The notes beneath the pieces were generated by a model that worked only from the letters and a program-made list of their open reading frames with translations, did not search any database and was not told the DNA's origin. DNA of 62,994 nt, filler included, from Octopus bimaculoides (Eukaryota), in NCBI RefSeq assembly GCF_001194135.2. It is 5 parts of 4 records of this genome, joined end to end, with 100 filler letters (N's around TTAATTAATTAA, not from the genome) between each part and the next. Parts side by side here need not be neighbours in the genome. Positions count along the whole stretch, not along the records: positions 1 to 15,484 come from NC_068982.1; positions 15,585 to 37,754 come from NC_068997.1; 3 more parts are not named here. The stretch is one strand, 5' to 3'. Within the stretch, counting starts at the first letter, position 1. Each line of letters starts with the position of its first letter. This document shows positions 11,465-22,995 of the stretch, in pieces. Both the position numbers and the translations under genes were made by a program.

Positions 11465-12038
11465 TGAAAATGTTCACACGTACATGCGTGCAAATGTACA
11501 TCATTGCTGTCAACACTTTTGTAGTATCTGGGTTGAACTCGGTCGAAAGAAAAACATAAACAAATTAATCGTATATCAGATAATTTAAATAATTCTTTAG
11601 TTTCCATTACATTTATGAGAAAAAACGAATAACAATTCTCTTGTGTAAAGTGCTGATATATTGTACTCAAATGCTTAAATTCTTAACTACTCAGCTTGAT
11701 AAACAATTAGAGTAAAAATGCCTTTGTGAGGAACATAAGACCTACTACTTTCACAAGCCAGGAATTCAACAGTGTTAGCATCGTATAAGTTACTTTATTG
11801 CCATTCCAATTCTTGACCAGACGACCTTTATTTCATGCTAGTATTCTTTACAATTTGTTACTTTGCATTTTAGGAAACCTGATAATATTATTTTTAATTC
11901 TTGAAAAATATTAGGAAAAAATTTTTGACCATGTCACTTTTCTTGAGTTACACATTCTAAATATTTAAGCTAAGTTCAGGTTAGCATTCTGTATATCTTA
12001 CTTAATGTGGTAATACTGTAACAAAAGCACAACTCGGC

Positions 12039-12180
12039 AGAAAGCACTTCATACAGACGTAAAGTGCTAAAAGGCACAGAAGTGTAACAGTAGCAGATGA
12101 AAAGCATCTTAGAGCGGTGGAAGAACAGCTACATCCCGGAATTTCTACGTATTTTCGCATCATTAGTAACAAGTATCCAC
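12039..12180 (-). mobile_element. Truncated inverted copy of the MITE-like element at 12362-12581
   Basis: Its reverse complement aligns over about 140 bp with 12420-12558 (GTGGATAC..AATGATGCG.AAATACG.AGAAAT..CGG ... CTTCTGTGC.TTTTAGCACT.TACGTCT). Confidence 0.7.
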
Positions 12181-12361
12181 GATCGACCGAACGTTTAGAC
12201 AACTTCGCCTCTACTAATAAAGAAAAAAGTGGTTAATAAATCACTGGTGTGGCAAGCAGTTGGCAGGCTGAGTAAAATTTCGTTTATTAACGACGCAAAC
12301 AATATTAGTTCAGAGCAGCATATTATATATTTTATTTAACGTGGACACACTGTAAGAAAGG

Positions 12362-12581
12362 TACAACACTGCGGCACCCGTCTTGAGAAAGTATCTCGTA
12401 TAGACGTGTAGTACTAAAAGTGGATACATGCTACCAATGATGCGCAAATACGCAGAAATCCCGGATCTGGCAATTCCGCCGTCGCTCCTAGACGCTTTTC
12501 ATTTGCAGCTGATACTTCTGTGCTTTTTAGCACTATACGTCTATACGAGATGCTTTCTCAAGACCAATACTGCAATGCTGT
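12362..12581. mobile_element. Non-autonomous fold-back/MITE-like element with long terminal inverted repeats
   Basis: GTCTTGAGAAAGTATCTCGTATAGACGTGTAGTACTAAAAG (12380-12420) is a near-perfect inverted repeat of 12523-12564. The match extends more weakly to 12362 and 12581. Confidence 0.7.
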
Positions 12582-13380
12582 GGTTTCCATACAGTATATC
12601 ACGTTCAATAAAATATACTGAATACAATATTCAAAATTTCTGGGCCAATGAAGGAGCTCCTAGAAAGTTACACTGCAAGCGACTATTAGAAGCTAAATCG
12701 GCTAAAATCACTGTTGTCTTATAAAAAGGAAGGGCACACTTGGCAATGCAGTTATAGATCTAAAAATAGATGGTATGGTCACGGTTGGAATGCCTTTGAT
12801 CATAGATCTGATCGCTCAAATGCTTTAAAGTATTTTTTCAATAAAAATACTTTGAAGTATTTTTATTGAAAAAATCACACTCACACAAATGTGTGTATGT
12901 GTGTGTGGGGGGGGGAGTAATTGAATTATATATTACGCACTTCATTCTTCTCTGTTATTGCACGTGATCTTCCGATCCACAGAAAAATTATCTTGCATGA
13001 AACCGTACTGTGACGCCAAAAAGTTTGTGGACCATTCATTGCCTTACAGCATATGTTCTGACTCTTGGCATTCTGAATTCGAATCCCGCCATAGCCTACT
13101 TGAGTGACAGATTTAATGAATCGATCGATTAAGCACCATCAGTTGGCACCTTAGGTACCATTATATGAGCCCATTTTGTTGCAAATTATCGGGTGTGGTA
13201 TCCGACTTGAGGATGCTTTCTTTTCTGTCTCCCTCTCTCCCCCCTCTCTCTCTCTCTCTTCCCAGCTTCTATTCCCTCCCGCTCGTCAGTTTCGGAGTAT
13301 TATTAAAGAGACCTGACCACTGCTTTATATCTTCACCAAAAGATCTTTTCTACTTCTGCCTTATCTTTTCACTGAAAAAT

Positions 13381-13695
13381 TCCTTCTACTATAGGTGCAA
13401 GGCCCGAAATTTAGTGGGAGGGTGCTAATTAATTACATCGACCCCGAAAGGATGAAAAGCAAAGTCAGACTCGGCGGAATTTCGGCTCAGAGTGTAGAGC
13501 TGGATAAAATACCGCGAAGCATTTTGGCCGGTGTCCTAACAATTCTGCCAGCTCAGCACCTTATAATAATGGTTTAAAATTTTGGCAGAAGGCCAGGAAT
13601 TTTAGGGGAGGAGTAAGTCGACTACATCGACCCCAGTGTATAAGTGTTGTTTATTTTATCGATCCCGAGAGAATGAAAGGTAAAGTCGGCTTCAG
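13381..13695 (-). mobile_element. Two tandem SINE B copies (13381-13562; 13570-13695 running into a gap)
   Basis: B-family blocks. The first copy lacks about 30 bp between the two ATCGACCCC repeats. Confidence 0.85.
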
Positions 13696-14574
13696 NNNNN
13701 NNNNNNNNNNNNNNNNNNNNNNNNNNNNNNNNNNNNNNNNNNNNNNNNNNNNNNNNNNNNNNNNNNNNNNNNNNNNNNNNNNNNNNNNNNNNNNNNNNNN
13801 NNNNNNNNNNNNNNNNNNNNNNNNNNNNNNNNNNNNNNNNNNNNNNNNNNNNNNNNNNNNNNNNNNNNNNNNNNNNNNNNNNNNNNNNNNNNNNNNNNNN
13901 NNNNNNNNNNNNNNNNNNNNNNNNNNNNNNNNNNNNNNNNNNNNNNNNNNNNNNNNNNNNNNNNNNNNNNNNNNNNNNNNNNNNNNNNNNNNNNNNNNNN
14001 NNNNNNNNNNNNNNNNNNNNNNNNNNNNNNNNNNNNNNNNNNNNNNNNNNNNNNNNNNNNNNNNNNNNNNNNNNNNNNNNNNNNNNNNNNNNNNNNNNNN
14101 NNNNNNNNNNNNNNNNNNNNNNNNNNNNNNNNNNNNNNNNNNNNNNNNNNNNNNNNNNNNNNNNNNNNNNNNNNNNNNNNNNNNNNNNNNNNNNNNNNNN
14201 NNNNNNNNNNNNNNNNNNNNNNNNNNNNNNNNNNNNNNNNNNNNNNNNNNNNNNNNNNNNNNNNNNNNNNNNNNNNNNNNNNNNNNNNNNNNNNNNNNNN
14301 NNNNNNNNNNNNNNNNNNNNNNNNNNNNNNNNNNNNNNNNNNNNNNNNNNNNNNNNNNNNNNNNNNNNNNNNNNNNNNNNNNNNNNNNNNNNNNNNNNNN
14401 NNNNNNNNNNNNNNNNNNNNNNNNNNNNNNNNNNNNNNNNNNNNNNNNNNNNNNNNNNNNNNNNNNNNNNNNNNNNNNNNNNNNNNNNNNNNNNNNNNNN
14501 NNNNNNNNNNNNNNNNNNNNNNNNNNNNNNNNNNNNNNNNNNNNNNNNNNNNNNNNNNNNNNNNNNNNNNNNNN

Positions 14575-14897
14575 GGAGCCATGTGTTGAGACGAATTCTT
14601 TGGGGTTTGAATAATTCACTTTTGGAAACATGGGTGTTTTGCTCAACATCCTTAAACAAACCTTATTCAGGGACCTTTTGAGCGGGATGGGCTACTCGAC
14701 CTGAAGAAAATTCTAACTGGGCCCCACCTACGAGGTCATGCGCTGTTTATCTTTATATGAGATCACCACGTCGCGCACATATGGTTGTGATGCATGTGCC
14801 TGGTGTACCCTTATCAGATGGGTAGTCATGATGGGTATAATGGGCTTCGTATATTTTACCCCAGTGTCACTTTGATGGTATGCTTTGCTCTCTCACT
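14575..14897 (+). mobile_element. 3' end of an R4/Dong-like (RLE) non-LTR retrotransposon abutting (TAA)n
   Basis: First codons after the gap read SHVLRRILW, resembling the RLE C-terminal GTAHILRK motif seen at 20546-20790. A 3' UTR follows and runs directly into (TAA)n. Confidence 0.55.
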
Positions 14898-14944
14898 CAA
14901 TAATAATAATAATAATAACAATGATGATAATAATGATAATAATA

Positions 14945-14989
<45 letters not shown>

Positions 14990-15015
14990 TTGATGATGAT
15001 GATGATGATGATGAT
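14898..15015. repeat. Compound (TAA)n/(GAT)n trinucleotide microsatellite
   Basis: Direct inspection. Confidence 0.95.
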
Positions 15016-15597
15016 GGTTTGAAATTTTAGCATAAGGCCAGTACCAGCATGACCGCAGCCCAAAAGCTGAAACAAGTGGAAGACAGATAAAAGACAAAAG
15101 AACGCAACTAAAGAAAGAGATAAATACCATTTTATCGTTACACGGTAAGGTTATTAACTCGAATTCGAGAGATTGTTGAATCTTCCTCATTCCCACGATT
15201 GTTTTTTTTTGTTTTGTTTTTTTTTTGTTATCTGTCACTACTGTGTCAGTACACAGCATTTCCGCCGTAAAACACAATTATTTAATACGTACATGCATTA
15301 GCTGCAAATGTAGCAGCTTCATCATATTCGTATGCGAGCGCCAGGCGAAGCTTGCTACCTTCACATTTAGATATGCATGAACAAATATATGTAGCACTCT
15401 GCGCATGCTTTGCTTACCTATATCGTTGCATTATATTATTCATATTTCTACTCACCTACGAATATATATATATATATATATATANNNNNNNNNNNNNNNN
15501 NNNNNNNNNNNNNNNNNNNNNNNNNNNNTTAATTAATTAANNNNNNNNNNNNNNNNNNNNNNNNNNNNNNNNNNNNNNNNNNNNTATATATATATAC

Positions 15598-15630
<33 letters not shown>

Positions 15631-15669
15631 TGTATGTATGTATGTATGTATGTATGTATGTATGTATAT

Positions 15670-15874
15670 GTGTGTGAGTCAGTGTTTGTCCCCCTACCAT
15701 CGCTTGACAACCGATGTTACTGTGTTTACATCACTGTAACTTAGCGGTTCAGCAAAATGGACAGATGGTATAAGTACTAAGCTTAGAAAGGATAAGCCCT
15801 GAGGTCGATTTCTTCGACTAAAGAGAGTGCTCCAGCATGGCCACAGTCAAATAACTGAAGCAAGTAAAAGAGTA
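15670..15874 (+). mobile_element. SINE family A, 3' half
   Basis: GTTTGTCCCC..CATCGCTTGACAACCGATG ... GTGCTCCAGCATGGCCACAGTCAAA..CTGAAGCAAGTAAAAGAGT. Confidence 0.85.
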
Positions 15875-16559
15875 TGCAAACGTACATACGTATATATAAG
15901 TATGTATGTATGTCTATAGATTTGTAGAGTACTGAATATTATTGGAATGATATACACATATATCATTGTGGTCGTTTATGTATACACTTTTAGTCAGTGT
16001 GTATGAAGCCAGCCGCTTGTGTTTAATCAATTTAGATGTCGTTGTTATCTCCCTTGGCCGTCTCAACAAAATTTGTCATTAACGCGAATAATTTTCCTCA
16101 TTGAAAGTTAAAAGTTCAATTAAATTATGATTTCACTCATTACTGTGTATCTCTGCTGTTTAATCAAGTTATATTTCCCATTTATCTTCCATACAGTCTC
16201 TACAAAAATTTGTCATTGACACCAATGATTTTTTTCTCCTCAATATAACTTCAAATGAAGTTGAACTTGTGTTGAATAGCCTCACTAATTACAGTATGTT
16301 TCTGGCACCTAGCTATAAGTTTTTCATGCAGATGGCAAACCTTGGCCAAGTTTCTACAGCATATGTAGACGCGCGTGTCTGTCACAATTTAAGTTTATGC
16401 CCTGTGGAATACGGTTTCAATTTATTAAAATAGGACATTAATGGCAAAACAGTTCCTGCGAGTCTGCTGGAACAATTACCGTAACACAATTTACAACACA
16501 ACTTGCACACAGAAACAATAGTAAGAAATCCCCTCCTCACTTCCTTTTTCTCTTTCTGT

Positions 16560-16575
16560 CCCTCCTTCTCTTTCC

Positions 16576-16631
<56 letters not shown>

Positions 16632-17091
16632 GATTCTCTACCTCTCTCTTTTTTTCTGCCTCCCATTCCTTTCTCGCTTTCTCGCAAAATAAAAGTGTGT
16701 ATGTATGTGTGTATGTATGTATGTGTGTGTGTGTGTACATATGTTTGATTATGTGCGTTTGTGTGTGCGTGCATACGCATACGTATATGCATACAGGACG
16801 CACACACGCACACACACACACACATGTANNNNNNNNNNNNNNNNNNNNNNNNNNNNNNNNNNNNNNNNNNNNNNNNNNNNNNNNNNNNNNNNNNNNNNNN
16901 NNNNNNNNNNNNNNNNNNNNNNNNNNNNNNNNNNNNNNNNNNNNNNNNNNNNNNNNNNNNNNNNNNNNNNNNNNNNNNNNNNNNNNNNNNNNNNNNNNNN
17001 NNNNNNNNNNNNNNNNNNNNNNNNNNNNNNNNNNNNNNNNNNNNNNNNNNNNNNNNNNNNNNNNNNNNNNNNNNNNNNNNNNNNNNNNNNN

Positions 17092-17147
<56 letters not shown>

Positions 17148-17320
17148 TGTGTATGTATATTGTACGTGTGTGTGTGTATTTCTTGCCATCTGCCACTTTG
17201 TATGTCTCTCTTTTCTCTCTCATATACACATACATACATACATACATACATGTATACATACATACATACATACATACATACATACATACATACATACATA
17301 CATACATACATACATGTACG
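16560..17320. repeat. Compound microsatellite field: (TC)n, (TG)n, (TACA)n around an N gap
   Basis: Direct inspection. Confidence 0.95.
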
Positions 17321-17892
17321 TACGCACTTCGGTAAATATGTATGTGTGAAAGTATCAGTTTGTCTGTGTTTGGCGCTTTTTTTTTTTCTTCGTTCATGTC
17401 TTTGCGCGGGTGTACAATTTATTTTATCGGTATTTGTGTGTTATCGCATATTACTGTGCACTTTACGCCTGAATGTATCCATGTGTGCGTACGTGCGTAC
17501 GTACGTGCGTACGTGCGTGCGTGTGCACGTGTGTATGCATGTCTGTGTGCAAGAGCATATCCATGTATGTGTACAAACTTAGGAGTGTCCCTGTGTGTTT
17601 TGCGATAACAAAATATTTTTAATATAAGGGGATAAAACAACAAGCCCCTTCAATATGGTTTCCTAAGACCCTGTGATCAATTATTCTTTTAACTACGACC
17701 TAAGTATGAAGAACTCCCAGATAAATCTTGATAAATATGTGAATTTCAGAAGACAGAATTTCCAGAGAATCAACAGATTTTGTTTTTGTTAGAAATAAGC
17801 TATAAATAAATTAAGAAACTTCCTTACGGTAATACTTCGCTAGTTTAGTGTTGAATGGTGAAATAGTAATAGTGGTGGTGGTGGTGGTGGTG

Positions 17893-17930
<38 letters not shown>

Positions 17931-18392
17931 GTAACTGCTGCTGGTGGAGCTAGTGCAGCAGCTGATGCTGGCATAGCAGCTGGTGCTAGTGCTGCTGTTG
18001 GGGCGGACCTCCGTCGTTCGACGATGAGGATTCACTTGTTTGACGAACTGAATGACCTATTCCTGAACTAACGTGTAAATGGCTGAGTATTCCTCAGGCA
18101 CCTGTACTCTTAACGTAATTCTTAGACGGTATCAGAGTGGCACAGTGTATGATAACGCTAAAACTCTTTTTTGAATTTCACGTATAATCCACCCGACGGG
18201 CTTCTATACAGATTCCGTATACCCAATTACTCCCACAAGGTATGGGTAGAACCGATGCAAGAGAGCTGTGGTTTTCGACCATTCTTTCCTTATGGAACCC
18301 TTTGAATGGAATTTTACTCTGCTGGACCCCAATAACCATTCAAAGTTTAAAAAAATACCATTAAAGTTTTATAATTAAATTTTATTGGGAAT

Positions 18393-18608
18393 TACTCTCT
18401 TTACTCTCTTTTACTTGTTTCAGTCATTTGACTGCGGCCATGCTGGAGCACCGCCTTTAGTCGAGAAAATCAACCCCAGGACTTACTCTTTGTAAGCCTA
18501 GTACTTATTCTATCGGTCTCTTTTTGCCGAACCGCTAAGTTACGGGGACGTAAACTCACCACCATCGGTTGTCAAGCGATGTTGGGGCGGACAAACACAC
18601 ACACACAA
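18393..18608 (-). mobile_element. SINE family A, 3' half (runs into gap); a head fragment lies at about 18190-18255
   Basis: Near-identical to the reverse complement of 62780-62994. Confidence 0.92.
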
Positions 18609-19409
18609 NNNNNNNNNNNNNNNNNNNNNNNNNNNNNNNNNNNNNNNNNNNNNNNNNNNNNNNNNNNNNNNNNNNNNNNNNNNNNNNNNNNNNNNNNNNN
18701 NNNNNNNNNNNNNNNNNNNNNNNNNNNNNNNNNNNNNNNNNNNNNNNNNNNNNNNNNNNNNNNNNNNNNNNNNNNNNNNNNNNNNNNNNNNNNNNNNNNN
18801 NNNNNNNNNNNNNNNNNNNNNNNNNNNNNNNNNNNNNNNNNNNNNNNNNNNNNNNNNNNNNNNNNNNNNNNNNNNNNNNNNNNNNNNNNNNNNNNNNNNN
18901 NNNNNNNNNNNNNNNNNNNNNNNNNNNNNNNNNNNNNNNNNNNNNNNNNNNNNNNNNNNNNNNNNNNNNNNNNNNNNNNNNNNNNNNNNNNNNNNNNNNN
19001 NNNNNNNNNNNNNNNNNNNNNNNNNNNNNNNNNNNNNNNNNNNNNNNNNNNNNNNNNNNNNNNNNNNNNNNNNNNNNNNNNNNNNNNNNNNNNNNNNNNN
19101 NNNNNNNNNNNNNNNNNNNNNNNNNNNNNNNNNNNNNNNNNNNNNNNNNNNNNNNNNNNNNNNNNNNNNNNNNNNNNNNNNNNNNNNNNNNNNNNNNNNN
19201 NNNNNNNNNNNNNNNNNNNNNNNNNNNNNNNNNNNNNNNNNNNNNNNNNNNNNNNNNNNNNNNNNNNNNNNNNNNNNNNNNNNNNNNNNNNNNNNNNNNN
19301 NNNNNNNNNNNNNNNNNNNNNNNNNNNNNNNNNNNNNNNNNNNNNNNNNNNNNNNNNNNNNNNNNNNNNNNGCACATTTCTACAGTAGCAGCAGAAGGAG
19401 GAGGAGCAA

Positions 19410-19425
19410 TAGAAGCAGCAGCAGC

Positions 19426-19483
<58 letters not shown>

Positions 19484-19518
19484 TCATCATCATCATCATC
19501 ATCATCACCATCACCAGA

Positions 19519-19565
<47 letters not shown>

Positions 19566-19592
19566 TAGTAGTAGTGGTAGTAGTAGTAGTAT

Positions 19593-19624
<32 letters not shown>

Positions 19625-19630
19625 GCAGTG

Positions 19631-19682
<52 letters not shown>
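19410..19682. repeat. Higher-order trinucleotide array: (GCA)n(GTA)n(TCA)n repeated about three times
   Basis: The block order recurs at about 19412, 19517 and 19602. Confidence 0.9.
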
Positions 19683-19683
<1 letters not shown>

Positions 19684-19837
19684 TGCAGCAGGCACTCCAC
19701 ATTTGCCAGGTTAATCTTCTGGCCAAGGGCAAGTACCCCTTGCCGGTTTCATTTTCCGTCCGGCATTCACAAACTATGAGTAATCTCATTCACACGAACC
19801 ATACATGCCACTCTCACACCAATTAAACACCACAAAG

Positions 19838-19921
19838 AAATTCTCATAAACACCGTCAAAGCCGTAAGCTTGTTTGGACAAAGTTTCCCAACAATTATAT
19901 ATCAAGATGTCACTTTTCCCG
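19838..19921 (+). CDS. Candidate phase 1-1 exon (xILINTVKAVSLFGQSFPTIIYQDVTFP; may start at 19781), weakly FN3-like
   Basis: Strong donor CCG|GTGAGT at 19922 and an open frame back to 19780. VKAVSLFGQSFP resembles the FN3 C-terminal strand motif. The acceptor is weak. Confidence 0.2.
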
Positions 19922-20147
19922 GTGAGTTTTCTTGCAACTTACAAAAGCCAGGATTTTTCTGCCTTAGAAAATATATTGTGATGTATGATAACATTGCGAA
20001 AAATGATTTAAAAATTCATTTGCATATTGATAATTAATTGCTATTTCTCACTGAAATCCATAGTGACCTCTCGCTGAACCTCGGGTACGAAACGCCGCTG
20101 CAGAATCTATCTCGAATGGCAATCTTGTCCAATTTGACGACCAGTAC

Positions 20148-20284
20148 CTAGTAGCTCTTGGAAGCCAATTATTTCTGTTAGTTGTCTATTGTGTTCTAGG
20201 AGAAAATCGTCTGAAATAGCCGCTTCAGTTGCGTTTAGATACGAATATGCCCCAAGAACGTCGTCACTCGTACCCGTAGCTAAA
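20148..20284 (-). CDS. Candidate phase 2-1 exon (LATGTSDDVLGAYSYLNATEAAISDDFLLEHNRQLTEIIGFQELL), product unknown
   Basis: Pyrimidine-rich acceptor TTCTGTACTTTTCTTTTTCGTACAAG| and donor TAG|GTACTG. Open frame in CpG-retaining unique sequence. Confidence 0.25.
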
Positions 20285-20383
20285 CTTGTACGAAAAAGAA
20301 AAGTACAGAACTGAGTGCTCAAAAGCATTCCATATGACCACTATCCGATCCTATGCTTCGATTAAACAGCAACAGCAATAACT

Positions 20384-20443
<60 letters not shown>

Positions 20444-20545
20444 GTCAAGACGAAGAGCGCGATTCGATTGTTAGATATTTTATTAGTTGAACGATATTTC
20501 AACAGTACGTCTGTCTTTGTCAATTTCAAAATAAGAAGTGATAAA

Positions 20546-20790
20546 AATTCAAGCCTTAGGTATAATAAAAAAAATATTCAGACAAATACAGAACAAAAAC
20601 ACCAGGACTTACAAATATATATAACATACAGAAAATTGCACTACTGGGTACTGCACACATTCTACAAAACACTTTCAATACAGTAAACATAAGAGCACCA
20701 CAGCAAACCACAGCACATACCCAAGGCGCACAGAGCTGCGCTCGGTAGTGAAGTGAAAGCACGTTATAAAAATAAAACTACTGAACAATG
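20546..20790 (+). mobile_element. 3' end of an R4/Dong-like (RLE) non-LTR retrotransposon lying between (TAA)n tracts
   Basis: Reads ALGIIKK/YSDKYRTKTPGLTNIYNIQKIALLGTAHIL..TLSIQ* with frameshifts, typical of the RLE C-terminus. (TAA)n occurs at about 20386-20442 and 20790-20819. Confidence 0.8.
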
Positions 20791-20818
20791 ATAATAATAA
20801 TAATAATAATAATAATAA

Positions 20819-20972
20819 TCCTTTCTATTCTAGGCACAAGATCTGAAATTTTGAGAGAAGGGCAATTTCCTTAGATCTACCGCTTGTGCTCAACTGGTAC
20901 TTATTTGCTTGATCTGGAAAGGATGATAGGCAAAGTCGACCTCGGCGGAGAACGTAAACACGGACAGCTACC
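20819..20972 (-). mobile_element. SINE B, partial
   Basis: CTTTCTATTCTAGGCACAAG..CTGAAATTTT ... GCTCAACTGGTACTTATTT ... GGCAAAGTCGACCTCGGCGGA. Confidence 0.8.
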
Positions 20973-20995
20973 GAAAAGGCTGAAGAGTATTCAAA

Positions 20996-21110
20996 TTGAG
21001 ACGCCTGTTGTCAAACTGCAGAAAAATGCGATCGTGTAATCCGAAAGGATCTTAAGAAAGACTTTTCTGATGTGAGGGAGTTTGTTGTCACCACACCTCA
21101 AGGATAGCGC
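20996..21110 (+). mobile_element. Short 3' relic of another RLE-type LINE
   Basis: Reads ETPVVKLQKNAIV*SERILRKTFLM*, similar to the QKxAxLGxAxILRKTL motif. Confidence 0.45.
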
Positions 21111-21139
21111 ACTTGCTAATTAAATGAACATAATAGATT

Positions 21140-21306
21140 GGTGGCATTTCGTCCGTCTTTACGTTTTGCGTTCAAATTCCGTCGAGGTCGGCTTTGCCCT
21201 CTGTTCTTTGATGGGGTCGATGAAATAAGTGCCAGTGGAGCACCAGCGTCGTCGTAATCGCCTGCCCCCACCCCCACAAAATTTCAGGCCTGGTGCCTGA
21301 AATGAC
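21140..21306 (+). mobile_element. SINE B, 5'-truncated
   Basis: GGCATTTCGTCCGTCTTTACGTT..GTTCAAATTCCGTCGAGGTCG ... CAAAATTTCAGGCCTGGTGCC. Confidence 0.85.
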
Positions 21307-21631
21307 TATTGTTAGAATTATTGTTGTTGCTGTGATGGTGGTAGTGGTGGTAGTGGTGGTGGTGGTCGTCGTCGTCGTCGTTTTTGTTGTTGTGGTGGTA
21401 AATGTTGTTGTTGTTGTGGGAAGAATAATCGAAGGCAAGATTCAGCTCTTCGAAACGCCAGTGTTAAAACGGAGGTAGCTGATGAAGTAGAATGTTCTCT
21501 ATGTGGTTTGTGTGTTTTCTCGTCTACGTTTTGTTTGCAATGTCCTGTACCCAGATATGCACCTATACATACAGGTGGATGTCGGTATGCACATACCTGT
21601 ACGTATATATACATAAACTCATTTACTATTT

Positions 21632-21668
<37 letters not shown>

Positions 21669-21949
21669 AAAGACAGTAAATGAATAAAGGAAATAAAAAA
21701 AATGAAAAGAAAAAACTTCACGGTGGTATGAGCACGGCACCGAGTGGATGGTTACGTGTTGCGTCCACAACGCCAAATATTCACTGATGTAATCTGTAGA
21801 TTGAATACATGTCATAACCAGTCGTCAGACAGAGTTGGTAGCTATATGGAAACTAAACAATACCATTATACGAATATATACACTCACACATACACACAAA
21901 CACACAAACATACACACACACATACACGTATATATGTATGCATACATAT

Positions 21950-22077
21950 TTTATATATATAATTAGATATACATATATATGTATGTATATATAATTAGAT
22001 ATACATATATATATATATATGTATATATATATGTATATATATATGTATATATATATATGTATATATATGTGTATATA

Positions 22078-22126
<49 letters not shown>

Positions 22127-22405
22127 GCATGTACGCACGCACACACACACATATACACATATACACCTATATATATATTGTTTTCTCTTCATGTCTGTGT
22201 GGGTGAAAATGTATATAAACATACACACGCATGTATATATATATATATGCAAGCATATATATCTGTATATATACATGTATGTATATATGCATATATATGT
22301 GACTGTGTGCATACTTATATATACATACACAGATATATACATACACATATATATATGCATATGTATATATATATATATTGGTATATATATATATATATAT
22401 ATAGA
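21950..22405. repeat. Degenerate (TA)n/(TATG)n low-complexity field
   Basis: Direct inspection. Confidence 0.95.
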
Positions 22406-22825
22406 TAGATACATAAAGGAAGTTTATGGTTGACCTGTTTGTGAAGCTAATAGACACACAATAGAAACACACGCACCTATACACTGATTCAATTTTATAA
22501 AATAATTTAAATGCGTAGACGTGACAATGAATCGCCGCCAACACCACCACATAAGCAAAAATAACAACAAAAACAGCAGCAGCAGCACCTACTAAGTGTA
22601 CGCTTGTCTGTGTACGTTTGTGTGTGCGAGCAACTGTGTGTTTGTATATATATATATATATATGTGTGTGTGTTTTTGTATATGCGTTTATGTATGATTG
22701 TATATAGGTGTGTGAATGTCTTTCAATATGTCTGACTGGTTTAAAGATTAATAACAACAGATGTATGATGACAAAGTTTTGGAATATAATGCAGTAGATA
22801 CGATATTCATTTAAATATGCATTCC

Positions 22826-22877
<52 letters not shown>

Positions 22878-22995
22878 CGTGCGTGCGTGTTTGTGTGTGT
22901 CTGTCTGTCTGTCTGTCTGTCTGCTTGTCTGTCTGTCTTTATGATGTGACATGCATTCTTGTCCCACGTAAAAAAAATGTAATATTGTTTCATGA

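Noticed and set aside
14794-15030. ORF with poly-Asn/poly-Asp resembling an acidic biomineral protein
   Set aside because: It is a LINE 3' UTR read into a (TAA)n(GAT)n microsatellite.
15485-15584. TTAATTAATTAA between two 44-N runs, recurring at 37755-37854, 55216-55315 and 60268-60367
   Set aside because: An identical 100-bp cassette with stops in all six frames. It is an artificial scaffolding spacer, not a biological motif.
20076-20219. EPRVRNAAAESIS, resembling a HEAT-repeat motif
   Set aside because: In-frame TAG TGA stops lie just upstream, with no usable acceptor in that frame. The match is too short.
21479-21520. Further CTGATGA occurrences (21479 plus; about 38474 and 38870 minus)
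   Set aside because: No correctly spaced GAAA or stems, so not counted as hammerheads.
21853-22433. YI/CV/HT/ER-repeat ORFs (also 16.4-17.6, 39.8-40.9 and 60.9-61.5 kb)
   Set aside because: Translations of dinucleotide and tetranucleotide repeats that are open in many frames.
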